A stretch of DNA of 61,640 nucleotides, filler included, from Sanchytrium tribonematis (taxonomy: Eukaryota), in assembly GCA_018985235.1 (NCBI GenBank). It is 4 parts of 4 records of this genome, joined end to end, with 100 filler letters (N's around TTAATTAATTAA, not from the genome) between each part and the next. Parts side by side here need not be neighbours in the genome. Positions count along the whole stretch, not along the records: positions 30,981 to 46,302 come from JADGIG010000153.1; positions 46,403 to 61,640 come from JADGIG010000154.1; 2 more parts are not named here. One strand, 5' to 3'. Under the pieces are notes generated by a model. That model saw only the letters and a program-made list of their open reading frames with translations, was not told the origin of the DNA and did no database searches. Shown piece after piece: positions 45,305 through 55,724 of this stretch (within the stretch, counting starts at the first letter, position 1; the number at the start of each line of letters is the position of its first letter). The translations under genes and the position numbers were made by a program.

Positions 45305-46302
45305 ATGGATTCATCTATGAATTTTAATTCTGTTGTACACTATCTGGCTTCAGAGTTTAAAAAATTCGAAAGAGAAAGGCTTGAATGGCAAATTGAAAAA
45401 AACACTTTGCTTAGTCGTATCGCAATTCTTGAAGGAGAAAAACGATCTATTGCACATTTAAATGCCGATATTTTAGAAAAACTGACATTGTCCGATTCAA
45501 AAATCGAAAGACCAGCAATAGATGTTGACAAGAAGAAAGACGACACTCGAAAATTATTACTTTCATTTATGCAGGAGGCTAAGCAGCTTTCATTATCTCC
45601 ATTAGATCCAGTGCCTGATAGATCAGAACCTGATGAATCATCTATACCAAAATCATATTACGATGTGGAGCAGCTTGAAGAGTTGTCTCAAATTAAAGTT
45701 GAGGACCTTCGTAAGGAAAAAAGGCTGTGGAGGTCGAGCATAAATTTCAGATCGCATTTTGACGCTGTCAGATCGGTTAAATTTATCGACCACTTCCACT
45801 TTATGTCTATTGGTGATGATGGTTGCGTCAAGATATGGAATTTGAAATGCGAAGATCCATATCGGTCATTTAGAACAGATACATCATTCTTATGTGGGGC
45901 AATTTTGAATAATATGGCAGTTTGCGGTGATTTGAAAGGAAGGTTGCACTTATTTAGAGTAGATATTTCCAAACCTATTGAAGACTACCCAAATTACGAT
46001 AAAACCTTCAGGCTTCACTACAGTGATGATCATTCGGACGCTATCTGGGAAATTGCTGCTTTTGAGAAAAAAAACAAGTGCGCTTCCATCAGTGCCGACG
46101 GAACTCTTAAAATATGGACCCTGGATCAAAATTTAATCACGCTTTCGCATTCCCTGACTTGTACTTTATGCTAACGTAGTTGATAATCAACACCCAACTT
46201 CTATCTGCTGTTCATACCAAAATGATGATCTTTTTTATGCTGGATTCGATACTGGTCAGATTTTGTCTCTGGACATTAATACTGGTAAAGTCGTTGATAC
46301 AA
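45305..46302 (+). CDS. Striatin/Far8 (STRIPAK) WD40 protein, 3' truncated; 19-nt intron 46161-46179
   Basis: VVHYLASEFKKFERERLEWQIEK..RIAILEGE striatin N-terminus; RSHFDAVR, HSDAIW; intron gtactttatgctaacgtag reopens the frame (DNQHPTSI...). Confidence 0.9.
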
Positions 46303-46402
46303 NNNNNNNNNNNNNNNNNNNNNNNNNNNNNNNNNNNNNNNNNNNNTTAATTAATTAANNNNNNNNNNNNNNNNNNNNNNNNNNNNNNNNNNNNNNNNNN
46401 NN
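46303..46402. other. Artificial contig spacer
   Basis: 44 N + TTAATTAATTAA + 44 N. Confidence 0.98.
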
Positions 46403-46572
46403 TCATTGAACGGAAACAGCAAATTAGCCAGTTGATTGGTAGAAATGGCGGACAAATGACGGATTATTAGCGTCTATTGGAACGGATTTGTCGGATAGAT
46501 TTTACGTGGTACTCCATTTTTCTTTATGTCAGTTTTTCTATTTTTCAATTGTATTATTTCAATAAACTGCAC
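46403..46572 (+). repeat. Direct repeat copy 1 (at least 170 bp; begins at the contig edge)
   Basis: tcattgaacggaaacagc...aataaactgcac, matches 49141-49310. Confidence 0.95.
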
Positions 46573-46753
46573 TATCCAAGGCTGTTCTTCTGGCAGCCAC
46601 CCAGCTTCAAAACTGTGATGAAATCAACACAATTGAAATCTCATCACAAAGACTTGCCTTGAAATGGAATTGATTCATCCATCAACTCATCAAGACAATG
46701 CCATTTTTGAAATAAATTAAAAGCATAGTAAAGAGACTCTTTTGAACTATAAC

Positions 46754-46792
46754 TCGGATAGATTTTACGTGGTACTCCATTTTTCTTTATGT
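46754..46792 (+). repeat. 39-bp partial third copy of the direct repeat
   Basis: tcggatagattttacgtggtactccatttttctttatgt. Confidence 0.9.
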
Positions 46793-46954
46793 AGAGATAA
46801 TAATGATAATCCGACAAAATTATCCGACCAATCATTTTTATAATCCCATGTTTTAAAAATTATTGGTATTTTATTGTTTAATTGTTTTAATTTATTTAAA
46901 TTAAAGAAACAATTGGTGGACTAGTTAATAAATAATTCATCTCTCCCAAATGGT

Positions 46955-47497
46955 ATGACTCTCTTTCTCGGAGTAGACCCTGGCCCCAAAAACTGTGGCA
47001 TTTGTCTCTTGAGACAAACAAGCAGACCATTGTTAGTTGAAAATGAATCTGGTTTCTTGGAAAAGAGTGTGAACAAATATGAGATTCTTTATAAAGATAC
47101 AATTTCTTTTCAAAAAGGAAAAGCTTTAAACATCCAGGATCTAGCTTGTTCAGTTTTTAAAATGTTCAAAAAATTGCCACAGGGGGCCTTGAAACTGGCC
47201 ATTGAAGTTCAGCCATGTTCGACAATAAGAGATAAATACACAGTTATTCTTAAATCTCATTTAATGAATATTATGGTAGAAACAGCATTTGTTTCATGTG
47301 CTGTAACTTATGGATATGAGGTTGTTCGAATAGTTCCCAAGAAATGGAGAGATTTTGTAGGTATTGGTGACAAAACAATTAAAAAGTATAAAGAAAACAA
47401 GGTATTGTCAAGCATTATTGGATACAACAACATCACAACAATTCATGAATATGATGCTGTTTCTATTGCATATTGTGCTTTTGAAACTTATGAGTAA
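46955..47497 (+). CDS. RuvC-like Holliday junction resolvase (poxvirus A22/Cce1-Ydc2-like)
   Basis: FLGVDPGPKNCGICLL (catalytic D), LAIEVQP (E), VPKKWR, HEYDAVSIA (D). Confidence 0.82.
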   Translation: MTLFLGVDPGPKNCGICLLRQTSRPLLVENESGFLEKSVNKYEILYKDTISFQKGKALNIQDLACSVFKMFKKLPQGALKLAIEVQPCSTIRDKYTVILKSHLMNIMVETAFVSCAVTYGYEVVRIVPKKWRDFVGIGDKTIKKYKENKVLSSIIGYNNITTIHEYDAVSIAYCAFETYE

Positions 47498-47508
47498 AAT
47501 GAATTTCT

Positions 47509-49047
47509 TTATTTTGGATAGTCTTTTCTTATTTTAGATCTCAGCTTTGTTATTGTTAAATGCCCCTGAAATGCAAGTTCAAAATCACCAATAGTTGTAA
47601 ATGTAGACATCACTTCTCCAATTCGGATTCGTTCTCTTACTATTTTCTTTAAATTCATATTACTAATATTTGCGATATCTAAATCACTAAAGAGTCTTAA
47701 TGGTTTGAGGTTTATTGTGCTGTCACCGTGATGTCATTGTTTCCATAGCACCTTTTAGTCTGCTCTTGGTAGTTTTATATTGGTACTAATCCCTATTGTA
47801 CTTTGTGTTGCTTTAATTACACATCCTTTTGCAATATTAGTTTGTGCTTTATCAATAAATTCGGGACTGGTTGAATTATTGAAATTTGAATGTGATTGTG
47901 ATTTCAAATGGCCTCTTTCTTCAAAACATTTGTCCAATAACTCAAATATTTGATCAATACTATAGTTGTTTACATCAATAGAAGGATTTAAACTTATTTG
48001 AGGCTTTAAAATATCCTCTGGTGCATCTTCCCTAACCAGTTTCAGATCAACTAAGTATCTTGATAAAGTCACGCTATTCTCCCATTTGACAAATCTTAAT
48101 AACTCACGCAGTGTTAACTTATTTTGAGCTTCAAACACCCTGTGGTATGCTGCACCACGTCTCCATGAGTGACAACTAAGCCTGTCTTTAAAGTGCATGT
48201 TGAATTGATGTGCTACAGATTTCAGTTTGTCCAGGAAATTGTTTTGGGACATGGCATGAGTTGGATCTATTAAAATAGAGCCTGATTGTTCAAATGATAC
48301 GCTGAAAAACAGTTTCGATTTACCCAATAAAATGCTAGATGACTCAATCACAGACTGCTCTAAATACTCCTTGTATATTCTAATAGGGTTTATAAACTCT
48401 TCTCCGGGCTGACAATAAAGCTTAAAATTATAGTTATAGCCACTCTTCTTTGCTTGGCTTTGTTTCATCCAAGGTATATGAACATATAGAAATGCTACAC
48501 TATTCTTGTCATAACATATTTTAATATCGTCAAATGTCATATCAAGCACATTTTGGATTCTAAAGCAACCCTGATAGAGAATTGCATTGATTAATTTTAA
48601 CTGTGCAAATAAAAACGAATGATTTGTTCCTTCTAATTTGGAAATCAATTGTTTTATATCGTTTAACTGTAATGGATAAGCTTGTTTGCTTATTTCCCCA
48701 CTTCTAGCACTTGATGTTTTGATTGCGCGCACCTTTTCTAAAATGCTGCAATGCCCAGCTGGATTGCCACCATTGTATTTGTTATTTGAATCTACTTGGC
48801 ATACTTTTCCTAGCTTATAAACCTCTTTATAATAGTTTAATAAACCTGCATGTACTGTTCCATAAGTACCGGCTGCATAGTTCTTTGTAGAAACCAAATG
48901 GTTGATAAATTGAACGATTATATCGGGTACATTTGAATTGGAAGGTCGAAAATCAATTTGGTTAGAGTTGCAGTATGTTACAAATGCGTTGATATATGTA
49001 CCATAACTAGTTAATGTTCTATATGATAGCAGTTGATGAGCCGCCAT
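47509..49047 (-). CDS. Tyrosine recombinase (Crypton-like); C-terminal domain 47509-47754 lies beyond two in-frame stops
   Basis: N-terminal SAM-like domain, GNPA, catalytic R (GCFRI), K (MKQSQ), HSWRRG, W, Y (SRYL); frame continues LPRAD*KVLWKQ*HHGD..LKPL..ER..F to TAA at 47509. Confidence 0.88.
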
Positions 49048-49140
49048 TTTGGTTTCAATGAAGGGATTAAAAAATAAATTAATTTATTGAAGTACTTAAA
49101 TCAGTTAAAATCCAATTAAAAAACTCATTTATCCGTCCAA

Positions 49141-49310
49141 TCATTGAACGGAAACAGCAAATTAGCCAGTTGATTGGTAGAAATGGCGGACAAATGACGG
49201 ATTATTAGCGTCTATTGGAACGGATTTGTCGGATAGATTTTACGTGGTACTCCATTTTTCTTTATGTCAGTTTTTCTATTTTTCAATTGTATTATTTCAA
49301 TAAACTGCAC
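49141..49310 (+). repeat. Direct repeat copy 2 (170 bp)
   Basis: Matches 46403-46572. Confidence 0.95.
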
Positions 49311-49739
49311 AATTTAATGCCAAATGATATTAAGACTTGACTGTAAAATAGCATTCCCTCTGAATGATCAAATAAACTATAATCAAAAGAATGAAAAGAG
49401 TATAAGTCACCTGGCAGTAATATATCGGATGCTTTTGATCTCTCACTATTTAAATTGATCTTTTTGAGTAAAAATTTGCGGGTTTTTCTTACGTGAATAG
49501 AATCAAGTGGATTGGATGACATTCGAAAATTTAGATTGATGGGAGGTGTTTCAAAAATGTCTAAAATTGTTGCGATATCGTGCTGTTCATATTCTTTTGG
49601 CCACTCAGCGACAAGAAAAGTATTGCAATGATCTGCTAATGCTGACCAAGTGTTGTACCAATGACTTTCACTGTAATAAACTGAATTTGAATTATTTGCA
49701 TCTGCAGGATGCATTATTGCAGTTTAACACAATTGAAAT

Positions 49740-50490
49740 CCAAACAAACAAGATTGTTGGCTAAACGAAAAAAGGTTGGTTCACTCAAGAATTATTTAGA
49801 GAAATACATAGAATTATTTAGAAAAATACAAAGATTATGTGTTTCCGTTTAGAAATGGAATGTTAGATTGGAATCAAGCAAGCGCTCATACTGAATCAGA
49901 AATCGAATCATACTTCCAGAATAAAAATATCGAAGTTATTAAAAATCCAGCAGGAACAACAGGTTATTGTCAACTTGCAGATGTTGGTTTGATTGAGAGT
50001 ATAAAGCAAGAATTCGAAAATCAATTTAAGACTTCTATGATGAACAAGTTGATGAATTTCAAGCAGACCCAAACAAGCCAAAAGTCTTCAAAAACCAGGA
50101 ATTGTAAAATTAAGAGACTGGATTGTCTGTGGATGGGCAAAAGTGACTCTTGAGATTATCGAAAAAACTTTAAAAACCTGTTATTTGACTGAAAATGTTG
50201 AGGAATTACATATGGCAAAAGTGACTGGCTTAGGTAGTTTTATATAGCTTAGGTTCACAATTAATTGCATCATTTGAGCGCTTTTCAGTTTGGTCTAATG
50301 TTGTGAATGCATTATTAAATGAAACAACATACTCAATGATTGCAGAAAAGTTCGAAATTGCATAATTTGCTGAAGATGAGGAAATTCCTGATGCAAATGT
50401 TCCTCGATTTGAAGCACAAAAAGAAATCATTGATTTAACTGGCGAAAATGAACAAATATATGAATTAAGTAATCATTTATTGACATTTTG
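49740..50490 (+). mobile_element. Decayed pogo/Tigger-type (DDE_1) transposase fragment
   Basis: KGWFTQELF, LDWNQASAH, PAGTTGYCQLADVG, WIVCGWAKV..IIEKT, acidic tail; multiple stops and frameshifts. Confidence 0.75.
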
Positions 50491-50499
50491 AAAATTGGA

Positions 50500-50545
50500 G
50501 GGGGGAGTTGAGTATACTGTCCTAATTACTCACTCAAGTCCCCCC
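50500..50545. repeat. GC-rich inverted repeat (14-bp arms, 1 mismatch, 18-nt loop)
   Basis: ggggggagttgagt (50500-50513) / actcaagtcccccc (50532-50545); gggggagttg recurs at 50546. Confidence 0.8.
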
Positions 50546-50907
50546 GGGGGAGTTGGCCTGTTAAAGACTTTAATTGAAAAATGCTTGTTATGGCCTAGGA
50601 TACCCAGCTCAAATGCAGCAATGACATTTTCGAAATAGACAAAGAGGATGTTGATTTGGGGCAAGTTGTTGCTCATTGTACTACGGCAGTTGCGGAATTT
50701 TTGTCTTTATAGAGAAACGATCACTAAATTTGACGTAAGCACCTGAATTCTTTTCGCATTTTTTATTTTTGTCTTTGGGCCTTATTATAATTTTGAATAT
50801 CATTTTAGAGGCAATCTCGATTTTGGCAAATTTTTAGATCAAATTTAAAATTCTTGGGCTCGATCGGCTGAGTCACTAGAAGGAGAAATTTGTGACAAAT
50901 AAATTAA

Positions 50908-51795
50908 ATGTTACATCTAGTCCATTTTCTATTATATTCTTGGGGTTATTCAGGTCATTTTGCAATCGGAAACCTAACCATGATGCTGTTAGACTCTGAT
51001 TTACAAGTCTTAGTCACCAATTTACTGTTGAATGATACCAGTGATACTGCCTTTGGTAGAAAGTATCAGGGTTCTTTAGGTAGAGCTAGCACTTGGCCAG
51101 ATTATATTAAAAGATTTGAGGAATTCCAATGGTCCAAAAAAATTCATTACTTTGATACGGAAGATGATCCTCCAAACAGATGCTCTTTAAATGATAAAAT
51201 CATAAAAGGTGATATGGATTCTGCAGTTACTGCTGTTAACTTTTTCTTTGAAAACCTTAACAATGAAGTTTCTATTAAAAACGGCCCAATATTAAAGCCA
51301 GTACAGAATTTAAAATTTTTCATTCACATTTTACAAGACTTGCATCAGCCATTGCATTTATCCGGTAAGCTTAGAGGTGGAAATGATTTAAAGGTTAGAT
51401 TTGACAGTAAATCAACGAACTTGCACTCTCTGTGGGACAGTATAATGATAAATTATCGAATTAAAAAGGACTTTAAAAATCATAGGCAAGAGTGGATCAA
51501 TTATCTATTTAAAAAATCTAAAAATATGTCATCAATATGCTTTACTAGTTGCCAAGAAATAAATTGTGAAAGGGAAGTACCCAATTGCATAGAAGCATGG
51601 AATGAATTTGTAAATTCCTTAAACTGCGAGACTGTGTGGATATTTGATAAAGAAAATTCTGATGTGCAGCTTAAACTGTCTTCCGACATTGGAATGGAAT
51701 ACTATGAAAGAAATATAGAATTGCTTGAAAATCTCATTATTTCTGCTGCTATTAGATCGGCTTCTTTATTGTCTAGTAAATTTAAATTGCCATAA
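50908..51795 (+). CDS. S1/P1 nuclease, secreted
   Basis: WGYSGH, STWPD, HYFD, HILQDLHQPLH, RGGN, NLHSLWDS. Confidence 0.95.
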   Translation: MLHLVHFLLYSWGYSGHFAIGNLTMMLLDSDLQVLVTNLLLNDTSDTAFGRKYQGSLGRASTWPDYIKRFEEFQWSKKIHYFDTEDDPPNRCSLNDKIIKGDMDSAVTAVNFFFENLNNEVSIKNGPILKPVQNLKFFIHILQDLHQPLHLSGKLRGGNDLKVRFDSKSTNLHSLWDSIMINYRIKKDFKNHRQEWINYLFKKSKNMSSICFTSCQEINCEREVPNCIEAWNEFVNSLNCETVWIFDKENSDVQLKLSSDIGMEYYERNIELLENLIISAAIRSASLLSSKFKLP

Positions 51796-53276
51796 CAGAA
51801 TCCACTTTATGGACTGTCAACACCCCTGTCTCCCACACAACCGATAATAGTGGATGTTTGTCAGAAATAAATTCCATAAAAGTTGGGCGGGCGTAAATTT
51901 TTTTAAAATGACTGTTATTTTCTAAATTATCAGACAACTTGGGACCAGTAATAAACCCTCTAAATTAGAAGTATTTACATAATAGAGCAAGTGATTTCTT
52001 TTTCTGAACTATAACCAATTTCCAAAACGGCAATTTTGTTTCTTCCTTCTTTAGCATTATCAAGTTTCAAAGTACTTTCAAGCTGAGGACTTAGCGGTGT
52101 TCCAACATGCCCTGTTTTTCTTGGTGTGCCTTGTCCAGGGTATTTTTTGCTCAAAGGTGTACTGAATACCTCATTTTCTATTAAAGGAGTTGATAACATT
52201 CTTTTTCTAACTGAATTTAACTGAACTATTTTCACCGATTCTTCTTCTTCCTCGTCGTCTTCTGGCTCAAATGAAATAGCCATATACTTTCCGTTAAGGC
52301 TAATTTTTAGCTCTCTCACCGCTCCGCCTACATGAACATTTAATGGCTGGAGTCTGACTGCTGACATTTTTAATGGGAATAATCTCAAACAATTTTCGAG
52401 TTTGTCTTGGATATTTATAATATTTAATAAATCTGAATGTTTACAGCTAAAATAAATGAACCGGGAATTATCTGACCAACTAATAGACGTTATTGATGTT
52501 TGAAACTCAGTAAACGATTTTGTTTGCATACAAATAATGTTAATCACTATGAGGGAACCTGAAAAGTCACCTACAGCTAGAAATCTATTATTTGGAGAAA
52601 ATGACAAGGTACACGGAGCGGAGCCGCGATAGGATAGTATCTCAAAAGACTGCAAGATCATATCATATAAAAACACATTGCTGCATCCAACAAAACCAAA
52701 TGCTATAAGCTTCCCATCTGTAGAGAATGACATCGTTGATAAAATTCCATTAAATGGTAGGGGTATCACATAGTACCAAGGAATCATTTTGTTCAGCGCT
52801 CGAAAATGATTATATACATCCGCATTGTCATATTCGATGCCAAACTTGAAATAAGCCATTTCTGTATCACCTACAACTAAAAAAGAATATCCATCACACG
52901 GTCTCCACACAGCTCTCTTAATCGTGCCAAGATTTGTGCAGGGAATAGGATCTCTAAACTTTTGAGACCCAATATCGTATAAATGTATTTTAGTTGTGGT
53001 TGCGACCAAAATGATTGGTAATTTTGGATGTGTGCTAATATTGACAATGTTGATATGATGCTCTGTAGGCCAATAATACCACCTCATCAATCCCCTTGTT
53101 AAATATGGAAATTTCTTGTCTAATTTTGTCAAGAAAAGATTATTATTTGTAGTATTTTTAGTGTACGGAAAGACTTTGACATTTGCTTTTTCAAACATGA
53201 TATTATTGTCTTGGATCTCTCTGTAACTAGAATGAAGGGTGGACCAGTTTGTTTCTTTGTTGCCAAACCTAAGCAT
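51782..53276 (-). CDS. WD40 protein, aladin (AAAS)-like nucleoporin; 19-nt intron 51960-51978
   Basis: HP, AVWRP, FSPNNRFL, VGGAV...G.YMAISF; removing gtaaatacttctaatttag adds IGFITGP...PTFMEF...LLSVVWETG. Confidence 0.7.
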
Positions 53277-53721
53277 TTCTTACAAGGAGTTGTTATGGAG
53301 GACAAATTTATTAACAAAGCAAAAAATCCAAGGCTGTATGTTCGATTTTTATTAAAGAACCTCCTTTATAAACATACTCACACGGTATCAGAAGTAATCA
53401 CTTTATGTAAATAATATTTATCACAGCTGAAAGATTTGCAGATGTAAACCTAATACATATCTCATGTCACCATAAACACCGCAAGAGCTACGATGATATT
53501 GATACTCTGGGCTTCGGTTAGACTAGGCGAAATATAATCAATAAATTCAGGTGTTGTGATAAACTCAGAGTGCTTTTGGTATAGTCTCTCATTTAAGTAG
53601 GGAGATAGTCGTGGTAAACAAGATGCTCAAGGATACGAACAATAGACATAACAATTGACAATGTCATAAATAGTATACTCATGTGGCAAATTATTTGCAT
53701 TTTCTATAAAAATTTATCAAT

Positions 53722-54561
53722 TTACTGTTTTTTAAAAAAGTTTCCCAAAGTCGATTGTTTTTTTGCTGATGGCAATGGTTTGGAAGTTGCAATACTTTTA
53801 AAAATTGACTTAGCTTCATTTGTAGGATAAGAAGATTCAGCTTCATCATCTGTAATCCAAATTTCTTTTACATGAACCTTGCCATTAATCATTTCAACTT
53901 TATCGATTTTTTTTCTTGGCTTTCTTGGAATGTGCGAAACTTGGATTTTGCTAGTAACAGTTGAGGCAGATTGGCACTTCGTCGCAAATTGCTCGTTATT
54001 GTTGCTATCAACATCCATAGAATCTGGATGAGGCTCAGATTCTGGGTCGCTCATTTCGACTTTGTTATCTGTACTTTGTTCATCCTCAGAAGACGAAATT
54101 ACAAATCTATCCTTATTTTTCTCTTCGGAAATTATTGATTTTTCAACTATTGGTTTAGTTTGGGGAGACGTGACTTTGGTCTTAGTAAATGTTGTTTTGG
54201 ATTTTTTTCTTTGTGAGGACCTGTTTTCGTAAGAGGGTCGCTTTTGTTGGAGACGTCTTTTTTCTATTTGATCTCTTATAGATAATTCTTGCTTCTTGAT
54301 CTCGACAATTGGCTTTTCTTTCGAACTGGCATCCTCGGAATTTATTTTTTTCTTTAAAATGGAGTTTTTGCAATTGAATAGATATTCCCTGTCAAAAAAA
54401 ATCCCGAATAATTTGCCTTTAGAATCATTATTTAGTCTTATATCCCAACCATAATTATTCGGAACGACTTCATAGTAATAAGTATTTGGTTTAAACTGTG
54501 AGGGGATATCAATATCGCTTTTATTTAACAATAGCAAATTATTTCTTGAAGCAAAATCCAT
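53722..54561 (-). CDS. Probable DNA polymerase delta subunit 3 (POLD3/Cdc27/Pol32-like)
   Basis: Charged low-complexity body, NGKVHVKEIW, terminal PIP box KQSTLGNFFKK. Confidence 0.65.
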   Translation of the reverse strand: MDFASRNNLLLLNKSDIDIPSQFKPNTYYYEVVPNNYGWDIRLNNDSKGKLFGIFFDREYLFNCKNSILKKKINSEDASSKEKPIVEIKKQELSIRDQIEKRRLQQKRPSYENRSSQRKKSKTTFTKTKVTSPQTKPIVEKSIISEEKNKDRFVISSSEDEQSTDNKVEMSDPESEPHPDSMDVDSNNNEQFATKCQSASTVTSKIQVSHIPRKPRKKIDKVEMINGKVHVKEIWITDDEAESSYPTNEAKSIFKSIATSKPLPSAKKQSTLGNFFKKQ

Positions 54562-54578
54562 AACACAGGGGCTAACTT

Positions 54579-55571
54579 TTATTGTATCATACTATCTAAA
54601 TGAACATCTGCGAAGTAAGTATGCGACATGGCTTCTTTCGCTGTCATACGTTGATGATGATCATACCGCAACAAATTTTCCAGAAAATCAATAACTTCTG
54701 ATGATGCGAAAGCTCTGTTGTCATTATTAATAAATTTGGACCAAGGTTTTTTAGAGTGTTTACCTAATATGTTATCAAAGTGAGTGTCTAATTTGATACC
54801 ATATATTTCCAAGTATTTATCAAAGTCATCAGAGCCAAGAACTTTAACAATTTTAACAAGTTGATCATAATTGTCAGATCCCTGAAAAAATGGCTCTTTT
54901 TTAAAGATCATGCTAGCCAGCATACAACCCAGTGACCACAAATCTAGAGAATAGTCATATAGCTGATAATCTACAAGCAATTCGGGTCCTTTAAAATATC
55001 TACTAGCAACTCTCACATTATATTTTGTATTAGGATGATAAAATTCAGCAAGACCCCAATCAATAAGTCGCAACTGCTTTGAAGCGTGGTTAATCATTAT
55101 ATTGTGAGGTTTAACATCTCTATGCATAATTCCCATGCTGTGACAGTAATCTAAAGCTATCAAAACCTGGTAAATGTAATATTGTATTTCTTTGTATGAC
55201 AGTGTTGGGTAAAGAACTTTAAAGTCTAGATTATCAACGTATTCAAATATTAGGGCAGGAGTTTTAGATATTGGGTCTCTTGTCATATCTAACAAATTGA
55301 TTATATTTGGGCCACCTCTCAAATTATTAAGGATAAGTAGCTCTCTTTTGATTTTCTTTTTTTTTACTGGTTTAAGAACCTTGATTACGATGTCAGCATC
55401 GTTTGATACATTTACGCCTTTGAAAACTTCACTGTATTTCCCGCGTCCCACTTTTTTTATTATTTCATAATTTGTAGGAGAATTCCATTGGATGTCAAAA
55501 TTTTCATAATCCCAGTATTCTTTTGGTTTAGCTGATAGTACGTTGGTATAAACCAGTGCAGTGGAACTCAT
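54579..55571 (-). CDS. CKA: Casein kinase II catalytic subunit alpha
   Basis: [53 protein letters not shown]. Confidence 0.97.
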   Translation of the reverse strand: MSSTALVYTNVLSAKPKEYWDYENFDIQWNSPTNYEIIKKVGRGKYSEVFKGVNVSNDADIVIKVLKPVKKKKIKRELLILNNLRGGPNIINLLDMTRDPISKTPALIFEYVDNLDFKVLYPTLSYKEIQYYIYQVLIALDYCHSMGIMHRDVKPHNIMINHASKQLRLIDWGLAEFYHPNTKYNVRVASRYFKGPELLVDYQLYDYSLDLWSLGCMLASMIFKKEPFFQGSDNYDQLVKIVKVLGSDDFDKYLEIYGIKLDTHFDNILGKHSKKPWSKFINNDNRAFASSEVIDFLENLLRYDHHQRMTAKEAMSHTYFADVHLDSMIQ

Positions 55572-55724
55572 TCTCAAAAGTTTCACCCCAACCCCGCTAA
55601 AATTAAAATATATGATTCTTTGTTCCTACTCAATTCGAAAAAAGAGCATCTGGATTGGTTTAATTCAAAAATTAAAATTATCTTGCCAAAATTTATTTGG
55701 CAATTTTATAATAATTTTTCAAAC

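Larger units (their letters stand above)
46403..49310. mobile_element. Putative tyrosine-recombinase element carrying a RuvC-like resolvase, bounded by 170-bp direct repeats
   Basis: Identical repeats at 46403-46572 and 49141-49310 enclose convergent resolvase and recombinase genes. Confidence 0.65.

Noticed and set aside
46403..49310. LTR retrotransposon, DIRS element or CRISPR array
   Set aside because: No RT, RNase H, gag or integrase ORF, no TG...CA termini, and no regularly spaced repeat-spacer units
53290..53715. Unexplained ~420-nt gap (similar gaps at 20055-20295 and 36380-36710) as ncRNA or small gene
   Set aside because: No tRNA, snRNA or snoRNA signature or convincing ORF recognisable by eye; needs Infernal/Rfam and RNA-seq
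55620..55724. N-terminal extensions from TTG/GTG starts in the ORF track (COPA, actin, CK2, L17, U2AF1 and others)
   Set aside because: Eukaryotic genes; conserved N-termini begin at the downstream ATGs used in the feature list
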